Below are positions 1 to 11,200 of a stretch of DNA of 64,000 bases, in pieces. The stretch lies in assembly GCF_021869535.1 (NCBI RefSeq), contig NW_026262675.1, positions 1,302,001 to 1,366,000 on the forward strand. The letters are read 5' to 3'. The stretch comes from Mytilus californianus. Taxonomy: Eukaryota. Each line of letters opens with the position of its first letter. The stretch's first letter is position 1. Position numbers and translations under genes: made by a program. A model generated the notes under the pieces. The model did not search any database and was not told where the DNA came from. It saw only the letters and a program-made list of their open reading frames with translations.

Positions 1-335
1 CATTAGAATTTATTGACACACAGGAGAATATACTTTAAAGATTCTCAGCAAAATAGATTTAACTGCATTTCTTAAATTAATTCTTAAAAACAATGAATTT
101 GAGTTTAATGGACTGTTATACAAACACATTATAGGAGCGCCCATTGTCACCAACATGCACAGATCTGCATCTGTCTGCCCTATTCATTAAAATCTTAGAT
201 AAGTTCCAATGGAGAGAAAACATCAAATTACACTGTCAATAGGGATGACGGTTTTATGGTCTTCACAGGCAAATTAGAGCAAGTTGAAGATTTCTTTAAC
301 CTTGCAATTGAAATTGACCATCTACTTAAGTTCTA
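1..335 (+). mobile_element. Degenerate Penelope-like reverse transcriptase fragment
   Basis: Reads LKLILKNNEFEFNGLLYKHIIGAP, then after a frameshift RDDGFMVFTGKLEQVEDFFNLA...HLLKF (YxDD-type motif). Confidence 0.65.
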
Positions 336-367
336 ATATGAGGTGTCGACATCTAGTATGGCCTATT

Positions 368-906
368 TAGAGGGAGTAAAGGGTTATTTTCGTGCAACGT
401 TTTCGGCCTTTTTATTTTACGTGTTTCCGTGTTTCGACGTTTTATTTCTCGTTTTCTCATGTTTGGTACGATGTGCGTGCTTCGTGTTTTCCCTTAATTA
501 TTTTCCGTGTTTCGTGTCCGTACTCTTATTTTCTCGTGTTTGTCCCGCATTTGATTACAAAGTAAACCGGGACTAATTCAAAGTCAGCCCAAATATTGTT
601 TTAAATCATAAACTTATTAACTGGTCCCAAGATATTTATTAATAGCCTATTGTATTACTAGGATAAATCGGATTCAACTAACGGACGCTAAAAGGTGACC
701 ACATGGAGGGTCGCCATGTCCATTAATAATGACTGCATGATCTCCAAGAACGGTTGAGTAATAACTTTTGGTACTCTTTTCCTTAATATTTACGATTTTA
801 TTCCTTGGCTTCGTTTTTCCAGAGTGTTTTTTTTTTCCGTGCAACGTTTTGCGATTTGTTATTTCACGTGTTTCCGTGTTCAGACCCTCCCTTTTACCAC
901 CCTCTA
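368..906. mobile_element. Non-autonomous TIR element (MITE), copy 1
   Basis: Termini tagagggagtaaaggg and cccttttaccaccctcta; a homologous copy lies at 34786-35342. Confidence 0.7.
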
Positions 907-2260
907 TTTAGATACCGAAGTGTACAAAAGTAAACGATTCCTTAATAATGGAATTCTTGATGTTAACGTATCAATATTTACCAATCACTAGTGCACATCC
1001 AAAACACACATAAATTTAAGAGCATTACAGTGTGCGAACAATATAAGAAATTTCTACTTCTACCACTAAGTGACCACCGTCATTTGGTTGACTATCCTGT
1101 CACTGTTTGGTGTGCGCTTGCATACTTAACAAGTCCAAAAATAATTTTAACAGAAAGAAAATAAGTTGTGCTGTACATAACATTTATACATGGTGCAAAT
1201 AAGAACATGGGACTTGAAATTTAATGTGCATGCAGTAGTCACTTGAACGAGTCAAGACTTTCTGCAGCGGTCACTGAAATAATAGTGACATCAATGAATT
1301 AAATAAACATTTAATTAACTTACAAGATTACTTAATGGATAGAAAATACAGTAAAAAGGAAACAGTAAAAGTTGTAAAAATTTATATTAACGAACAGTCT
1401 TTATTTTACTTGTTTTATTTTCATTTGAAACATATTTTTTTTTATCTGATTTGTCAAAATGACAAGTGTGCATAATGATTTTATTGTTACAAATCAAATC
1501 CCAAAGCCCACTATAACTCACTATGAAGAAACCACAGCACTATTTTAAAATATCGCTCTGTGAATATCTTGACACAGATGTTTGATACCATAGGTCGTTA
1601 TAATTAAATCTTGACCATTTAACTTTCACTTGTTTATCAAAGGGAACTGTCAACTTTGCTCAAGTCAGTTAACCCTTGCAATGCTTAAAATGTAGCTTTA
1701 CAATAAATATACATGTTTGAAAAGGATCTATAGATTGTTTATTATCATATATCAGATAAGTGAATTAGCGATCTGTGAAAATTCTTTATTGTCATGTTTT
1801 AAATATCTCAGATACACTGTATGGAGGTGCTCTTAATTGCAGGAAGCTAATTACAGATAAAATGAATAGGTGTTCCGAATGAAAAATAATTTAGCTTCCG
1901 AATATTCCTCCATAGACTATACCATATTTCTAACTAATAAATATGCGTGAACCCTCAGGGGTTCACGCAATTAATAAAACAGACTAACAGCGATTTAAAA
2001 CAACGATATTGAATATACAAACAAAAATGCATACACAATTTTACAAATAATTCAATGTCTGTTTCAAATATGCAAACGATTATGTATATTTAGCAAACAA
2101 TGTTGACATTAAAACAACTTCGTTTCACAAATACATTTAAACACATTAAACAATTTAAATGTGAGACTCAATCTATTGATTACATTTTTTACATCTTCAT
2201 TCATAATTTAAACAAATCGTTCAATAATATTGCTGCCTCTAGTTGTTTCATGCGATCTAA

Positions 2261-2298
2261 TTACTTTAGTTCATCGCATGTCATCATATAAAAGAATT
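2261..2298 (-). CDS. CaM-like gene A terminal exon ([12 protein letters not shown])
   Basis: Acceptor tttattttgtag, phase 1, matches the CaM C-terminal EF..MM motif, TAA stop. Confidence 0.85.
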
Positions 2299-5200
2299 CT
2301 ACAAAATAAACATATATGATATTAGGTATATGTATGTCAATAACTGCATTTCAGTTCATATTTCATTTAATGTCCCATATTAAAAATGTACTAAAATCTA
2401 AGGTATATCCAAAATTCAATTTCAAAATATTATACTAGCTACTTGTTAAATCCCTTCAGACTTTCCTCATTGGAACAATTTAGATTGTTTTTCATAATAT
2501 TGTCACGGAACAGGCACTTTCGAATAAAATTGTAGGTTTAGCCAGGTTTACAGCTCACCAAACTTCCAACTTGTGTGACATTCATTTCAGTTCAAATAAA
2601 CTACCTTGATGACAGCAATCAATCAAATAAACTTTGAAATTCGGAGCCAACGTCCTCACTTTGACGACGTTGTGCATACAGCCTAACAGTCGTCCTTAAT
2701 TAAGAGTTGTTGCAATTGCTCCTTGATTCATGTTACCCTTGTTTATAGGTACTCCCTCTTATGTACTTATCACAGTTAGTAGCCATCATAAGTGCGGGAT
2801 GAATGGTGAATGCTTTTTTTTAATTCTTCAAATAACTTCTTATATGTATACTGCTTCATTTTCTCACTTTTGGCCAGTTGGTTTACTGGTATCGGAATTG
2901 ATATGCAGTTAACCCGAACTACTTGCTCTTTTCATACAGTATTTCCTGCCAAGAAATCTAACATTTAGGTTGACGTGGTTTTCGAAATTTTGTATTGTGC
3001 CTGTATTTTGCATTGAAAATATCGGTTACTAGTATTTTACGAAAACATTCAGAAAGTATATGCCTGTAAGAAAAGGTTCCAAATTCGGGAATAAAATTTA
3101 CAATAAATATCCCATTTTATTTGTTTACTACTATATATCTACTATCAAAATAAACGTGACTGCGTACTTATACATTATGCACGGCAAAAATGGTTCACAA
3201 GTTAAAAAACGGTGGTATGGGCTACATAAACAAAATGCTCCTATATTCCCTAAATGAATATGGTAAAAATAAACCACAAACAGATAACTATACAAGCAAA
3301 ATAAAAACTTATGAAAAAAGAATAAATACAGAAATGTCATGTCCAACGCAACGTACAAACAAGACTTATTCGTGAGTACTTTGGTAATTTTTTTGTTAAA
3401 GCACCACATAAAGAATAAAAAACAGCTAGACTTAGTTTTGACATTAGTACATTTAAGGCACATATCAAATTAAAAAAAGATGTGAATTCGTGAACAATAA
3501 CCATTATGACGAATTTTGTCCGTTTTAATGGACTTCAACCAATTTGCATTTACCTTTGAGTCCGGTGTTTTTGTTATACTTTATTCGAAGTAATTATTTC
3601 AGTGAGAAAAACACACTTTTCGTGCGTCCAAAGCGATTTTATTGGATTCACCATAATCAGGAACGCTCAAACCAAACATTCAGCTTGACCTAAGAACCCT
3701 TGGTTCAGTGGCTTCCCTGTTAGTAGCACCAACTATTGACAACATCCAGCTTGACCTAAGAACCCTTGGTTCAGTGGCTTCCCTGTTAGTAGCACCAACT
3801 ATTGACAACATCCAGCTTGACATAAGAACCCTTGGTTCAGTGGCTTCCCTGTTAGTAGTACCAACTATTGACAACATTCAGCTTGACCTAAGAACCCTTG
3901 GTTCAGTGGCTTCCCTGTTAGTAGCAACAACTATTGACAACATTCAGCTTGACCTAAGAACCCTTGGTTCAGTGGCTTCCCTGTTAGTAAAACCAACTAT
4001 TGACAACATTCAGCTTGACCTAAGAACCCTTGGTTCAGTAGATTCCCTGTTAGTAGCACCAACTATTGACAACATTCAGCTTGACCTAAGAACCCTTGGT
4101 TCAGTGTCTTCCCTGTTAGTAGCACCAACTATTGACAACATTCAGCTTGACCTAAGAACCCTTGGTTCAGTGGCTTCCCTGTTAGTAGCACCAACTATTG
4201 ACAACATTCAGCTTGACCTAAGAACCCTTGGTTCAGTGGCTTCCCTGTTAGTAGCACCAACTATTGATAACATTAAACTTGACCTAAGAACCTTTGGTTC
4301 AGTGGATTCCCTATTAGTAGTACCAACTATTGACAACATTCAGCTTGACCTAAGAACACTTGGTTCAGTGGCTTCCCGGTTAGTAGCACCAACTATTGAC
4401 AACATTCAGCTTGACCTAAGAACCCTTGGTTCAGTGGCTTCCCTGTTAGTAACAACAACTATTGACAACATTCAGCTTGACCTAAGAACCCTTGGTTCAG
4501 TGGCTTCCCTGTTAGTAGCACCAACTATTGACAACATTCAGCTTGACCTAAGAACCCTTGGTTCAGTGGCTTCCCTGTTAGTAGCACCAACTATTGACAA
4601 CATTCAGCTTGACCTAAGAACCCTTGGTTCAGTGGCTTCCCTGTTAGTAGCACAAACTATTGACAACATCCAGCTTGACCTAAGAACCCTTGGTTCAGTG
4701 GCTTCCCTGTTAGTAGCACCAACTATTGACAACATTCAGCTTGACCTAAGAACCCTTGGTTCAGTAGATTCCCTGTTAGTAGCACCAACTATTGACAACA
4801 TCCAGATTGACCTAAGAACCCTTGGTTCAGTGGCTTCCCTGTTAGTAGCACCAACTATTGACAACATTCAGCTTGACCTAAGAACCCTTGGTACAGTGGC
4901 TTCCCTGTTAGTAGCACCAACTATTGATAACATTCAGCTTGACCTAAGAACCCTTGGTTCAGTGGATTCCCTGTTAGTTCCACCAACTATTGACAAAATC
5001 CTCAAAACGCAAGGGAGAGATATTAATACGCCATATGCAAGTACTCCAGAAATGATGCAACTTAAATATGGTTTGTGTATGTTCACAATGAGAAACATGA
5101 AGTCATTTTTTTGTCGTTAAACTAGTTACCCACTGACCATTCACTGTCGATTTCAAGGTATAAATCAATGTATAGACAGAACTTATTGATATGTGTAATC

Positions 5201-8200
5201 TCTTACTATAACCCCAATGAAGCAATTGAAATGAACACGATCGCCAACAATGAATTACTCAATGAAAATATATTTTCAATATGTTATTTGCGGAACGTAA
5301 AGTAAATGGATGATGCAAACTTAATTGTATTATTCTTGAAAAGCCATTGCATGAATATGAAGCAAAAGGAAACATTGGTTACAAATCAAAGAGACAGCAA
5401 ACCAAAGTCACAGAAAATCAAAACGACATTAAAAATAGTCTGTTGCATACGTATTGAGGAACACGTCACCGAGAAGAGGACATTGTTTGTTCCAAGAAAA
5501 GGGTAAACAGTCAATTGATAATTAAATATAGTTTATATAATATGCAAGTATATTGACGATGCCATTTTTAAGAAAACTTTTTGTTATAATCTGAGTGTTT
5601 TTTATCAAAGTTTAAAGTGTTCCTTTCTGAAACAAGATATGTTTATCTACGATGACCATTCATTTTATGAACAAAATTGCAATTAACATTTTACAAAATT
5701 ATTTTTTTACCTGAAAAATTAATCTTGCCATCTCCGTCTTTGTCTGCTTCCTTTATCATAGCCATTACATCTTCGTCTGCTAAATCCTCTCCTAAATTAG
5801 CCATCACCTGTTTTAGTTCTTTTGTATTTATAAACCCATCTCCATCTTGATCAAAAACACTAAATGCTTCCTTAAGTTCTTTCTCAGTGTCAGCGTCTTG
5901 AACTTTTTTTGACATCATCATAACGAACTCCTCAAAATCTATTTCACCGTTTCCTGAAAAAGGTACAGAATACAAAATGTATCTTAACAAAATTAATGTT
6001 AATTATGTTATCTAACTGATTTTCAATTGAAAATATAAATGCAGTACCTTCCATAGTTCTGTATCCAACCGTTTAACATGTAAGCATATTCTAAATGTTT
6101 AACTTGTAAAGTCACTTGCAATTCTTATTTCACGTAAAACAAATGTAAGAAATTAAACAAATGTTTCCCCCTTACGGCTTTTAATATTTTCTTTATAACA
6201 AAACAATTATACTGTCATGACATGTTTACAAGTGATAAGCCGATCATTTTCTTTTGTATTTTAAGGTATGGGTATTGAATATTGACTTTGTTTATATAAT
6301 ATATTACAACGGTATTTGTAATCAGTGACACAACTGAATGAATTTGTCATAATAGTCAATGATCATGTGATACCTATTTCAGGACTATTTCATAATTATG
6401 ATGGTCTTATAAAATATGGATATTCAGTTATAAAAATACGGAGATATGGTTGCCAATTAGGCAACTTACCACCAGAGACCAAATGCCACCGTTCGACCTT
6501 CAACAATGAACAAAACCCATCCCTTATAATAAGCTATAAAATGCCACGGCATGACAAAATGTGAAACAATTCAAACGAGAAAACCAACGACCTTATCTAT
6601 ACTACTAAAATAACGAGGTCCAAATTGTTAGCCGGCATGACGCATAAACGTCGAATCAAAGAATTCAACTTTATATATAACTACTATAGGACAATGGTGT
6701 TGATTAAAATTACACCATTCCAGGCCCATTTGTTTTCCACATATGATAAGCAACTTCCGGGTCGAATCAGATACCGATACCAATAGATTATGTCACATGT
6801 AGTTTACGGTTGTAGTTCTTGCTTTATTCGTCCCTCCACTATCTGGAGTACCACTACTGTATTGTAGCAAGAAAACCATGACGGGTTCAAACAGAAAGAT
6901 TTTAAAAGCAGAGAAAACGGTGCACCTTTTAATCAGCATGACTTTATCAAATGAAAATACGAATACTGAAAATCCAGGCTGAAAATAAGGTGTAGGTACT
7001 TAATTCAGTCACGGAGCCGCGATGTCGCGTGTGTGTTCTATTTTACTAATAAGAAATCAATAAACGGAAAACAAATATGATAGAGAGTTACCAACGAAAA
7101 TCACGGAATTACAGTCCCCTGGTGCTTAGTTCGTTTCTATTTTAAATATCTGGAAAAAAACAAATTCTTCATAGTCACTGTATTCATTTCTGGTTTTGTT
7201 TTGATATATGGTTAGTGTTTTATAGATGTTTATCCCACATTTAAAATTATCAATTATATTCCTCCGGCATAGCTGACCTGACTAGGTTTTGTCTAACCAG
7301 TGTTTATGTCCTTATTGGTAAAGCCTGGATCATGGCTCACTGGTTGACAGTAGAATGAAAAATAGATATTGGGCCATGGTCCCAGGCTACTTTATGGTTT
7401 TGGCGCTCATAAATCGTCACCATACGTTGCGTCGATCTATTCTGTGCTAATTATACAATGAAGAAAGAAGAAAAACAGACATTGGACATCAGAATGAGAA
7501 AACAGCCTTTAAAGATTCAAACATGTAATTAAAGATTCCCTATAACTGTAGGAGGTGCAAGTTCTTCAAACAAATAGAATTAGTATTCAATGTTCTGTTG
7601 TTCAAAGATATGTCAAAATGGCAACAGGGGCAAGACAAACATAAAAATGCTGCACATGTAAATATTGGAATCGCATACCGGCACTGGACTGAACTGGACA
7701 GAAATCATGTTTCCTGAAGAGTCAAGAATATAATTTTGTAAGCTTTAGTAAGTTGTTTATTGCATTGACTACGCTGTCTTTTGTTCTGAGTTTAACTGAA
7801 TGGTACAAATCAAGATTTAGTAAACAGAAGTAATCAGTCAAAAACCCATTCCTAGATCTAGTACGGCGGCTTTGTGAAAAATTGTGCACATCCTGCTACA
7901 AGCATGAAATTTGGCATAGACCTTCCTCAACTATTACTCTTTTATATCAGATAGGGAGGCATGTGAAAAAAAAAAACCACTTCCGGTAAAATCCAAAATG
8001 GCGGACATCATACTTAAATCAGCCCAATATCGATGGCTAGTATGTGAAAAGGTGTTATTATCAAGCTACTATCATAATATTTGGTACAAACCTTTGTTAT
8101 GTACTACTTTTGGATATATTATATAGATTAGATGTCTTCAAAAACCCTACTTCCGGTAAAATCGAACATGGCGGACATTGTACTAAAATAAGCTTATTTT

Positions 8201-11200
8201 TAGGGAGGGTAATTGATATGTGTTTTAAAGTATTGCTTCTATCATTATATTGTGCAGGAACCTTTCTTTGGTGCTTCTCATGGATACAATTTATAGGACA
8301 TATGTCTTTAAAACCCCTACTTCCGGTGATATCCAATATGGCGGACATAGAAATATAAAATTTTTATTTTAATATTAATTTTTTTACAAAATGTCAAGAA
8401 AATGTTTTTTTTGTGCTGGTCATTTAATTTTTGGCTGTAAGTTATCCTCAAAACCACTAAATCTATTCAACTGTAAATGTTTAAATACAAAGTTAACACT
8501 TCAGGTAAAAAAAACCAATATGGCGTAAATTTCAAAGATGAGTCCTCAATCCATATCTTCGATGTAGAGTTTTGGATAGATTGATTAAAACAAAATAAAA
8601 TCACTTAAGTAATAAAACATCTTTTGAATTACTAATTTATGGCCGCAAATACATGTTTATTCACAATCGGAGAGCTGATTTTCCACATGTACAAAGACCG
8701 TGAAATTGTCTTTTACATCCAATGTACAAGCTCCTGATAAGATGAAGAGGCCTCACAAAGAGTTGTCCAAAAGGGTTCCCATGGATTATATTTTTCCCTT
8801 CGCCATTCATAAGCGTCTGGACTAGCTAGCATTGGAACCAATTCAAAGCTTGTTACTCATTCGCACCCGCCATGGTATATTGCACGTTTTACATGCTGAA
8901 AAAGACTAGACCGAGTCGTGGGAATAGCCTCAATAAGTCTTTCCTCTTCCAAAAACACATGTTTTCTTGCTTCGTTAACCCCATCTGATAAATTTGTTCG
9001 ATCTTACAACAAAACCACTTATCGTTTTATCAATGACATTATCAAATCCATATCTGGTGATGTTGGCTGATCAATCATCATTCTAAATGATAAAGTCACA
9101 TCTTCAAACGCCATCCATGTCACCAACGCAGTTCCTTTTCCAGCAAACGTGTAATCTCTCAATGCCTAGTGCATTTGAAAGGTCATGGATAGATATATAT
9201 CTAAAGCTTTTCCCACTTCCAAATGCAAGCCAAAGTTCGTCTGCTCCTATGACACGGAATAGCGAAACAGCAATTACAACAACATCAGTATCGACTGTTC
9301 GGGTCATGACTCAGTTAAGTCTGTGTTTCACTGCATCAGACACATGCATCTTGATTCTAGTGTCAGCCTCTTCATGTGAACATGGTGCTAAACTTGAAAC
9401 ATCATCATGTGGTGGATAACACAGAACATCCTCAGCATTTGTTGCTACAACTACATTTTCCTCAAAATCTATTGAGCAATCTGCTGTGAATGAAAACTAA
9501 AAAGTTCTTTATTATTGTCGTCATCTCTCAGAAAACTTTGCCAATTTTGAGGAATTTGTTTTGACCCTGGATTCGCCTGTGTATTCCCTTTCCCCTAAAT
9601 GTAGCTCTTGCTTCTTGAAGCAGCCTGTAAACTACCGGTATTGTCTATGTACGCATCCGAGACTACATTCACTGTTGTTACTGTTTCAAGGTGTTTAATA
9701 ACGAGTATGCTGATAGGGTATTATGTCATACCTTAAAAAATACTTTAAAACTGTTACAGGAGTGGAAGAAGTCTTGGATGCGTATGGTACTTGTAGCAAC
9801 AAATGCTCAGGATATTCTATCTTATCCACCACGTGAAGTATTTCAAGTTTAGCACCATGTTCGCATTAAGAGGCTGACACTAGAAGCATGGTGCATGTGT
9901 CTGATGCAGTGAAACACGAACTCAAACGAGTCATGATTCGAACAGTCGTTACTGATGATGCTGTCATTACTATTTCGCTATTCCGTGACATTTGGGTAGA
10001 CGAACTATGGATTGTGTTTGGGAGGGCAAAACGTTTTGGATAAATGTCAATCAATGACCTTTCAAATGCACTAGGCAATGAGTGATCACACAGACTTATT
10101 GTGCTCCAAGCCTTAACCGGTTGTGATACGGTTCTATGTTCGCTTGAAAAGGAAAAAAAGACTGCGTGGGAGACATTAATGGCATTTGAAGATGGGACTT
10201 TAACACAAGGAATGATGATTGATCAGCCTAAATCACCGGGGTTTAACTGTAAAATCGCACAAACTTATCAGATGGGGTTAACATGGTTAACGAAGCAAGA
10301 AAATAACTATTTGCGCAAAAGGGAAGGCTAATTGAGGCTATTCCCTCAACTTGGTCTAGTCTTTTCCAGCATGTTAAACGTGCAATATACTAAGGCAGGT
10401 GTTAAGGGGGGCGAGCTTGGAATTGGCTCTTATGCTACCCAGTCCAGGCGCTAATGGATGGCGAAGGGACAAAGAGGATCACTTTTAAAAAAAACTCTTT
10501 CTGAGGCCTCATCATTTTGTCAGAAGCTTGTACATTGTGGATGTAAGAAAGGATGCCGTGGTCGTTGTTAATGTGGAAAATCGGGTCTCCCGTGCACTGC
10601 TTTGTGTGCATGTGGTGGTGAGTGTGAATATACATGTATTTTTGGCCAAATAGTAGTAACTTTAAAAATATTTTAGTACTTTTATTAGTGATTTTATTTT
10701 GTTTAATCAATCTATCCAAAACTCTACATCGAAGATATGGATTGAGGACTCATCTTTGATATTTTTTTACCTGAAGTGTTAACTTTGTATTTAAACATTT
10801 ACAACAGGATAGAATTAGTGGTTTTGAGGATAACTTAAGACCAAAAGTTTAAGGACCAGCACAAAAAAAAAACATTTTCTTTACATTTTGAAAAAAGTTG
10901 AATATTAAAGTAAAAATTTGATATTTCTATGTCCGCCATTTTGGATATTACCGGAAGTAAGGGTTTTAAAGACATATGGCTTATACATTGTGTCCATGAG
11001 AAGCACCAAAGAAAGGTTCCTGCACAATGTAATGATAGTAGCAATACGTTAAAACACATTTCAATTACCCTCCCTAAAAAAAAGCTTGTTTTAGTACAAT
11101 GTCCGCAATGTTGGATTTTATCGGAAGTAGGGTTTTTGAAGAGATCTAATCTATATAATATATCCAAAAGTAGTACATAACAAAGGTTTGTACCAAATAT

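Noticed and set aside
3675-4997. CRISPR-like appearance of the regular arrays (also 37975-38360 and 52215-52745)
   Set aside because: Units are contiguous with no unique spacers, no cas genes are present, and the context is eukaryotic.
7590-7700. Weak resemblance ([16 protein letters not shown]) to transposase C-terminal motifs
   Set aside because: Too short, interrupted by stops, no supporting termini.
8044-8358. ORFs 8044-8358 (+) and 10835-11233 (-), and their mirror ORFs, with near-identical translations
   Set aside because: They are the two arms of the transposon's inverted repeat; no recognisable domain.
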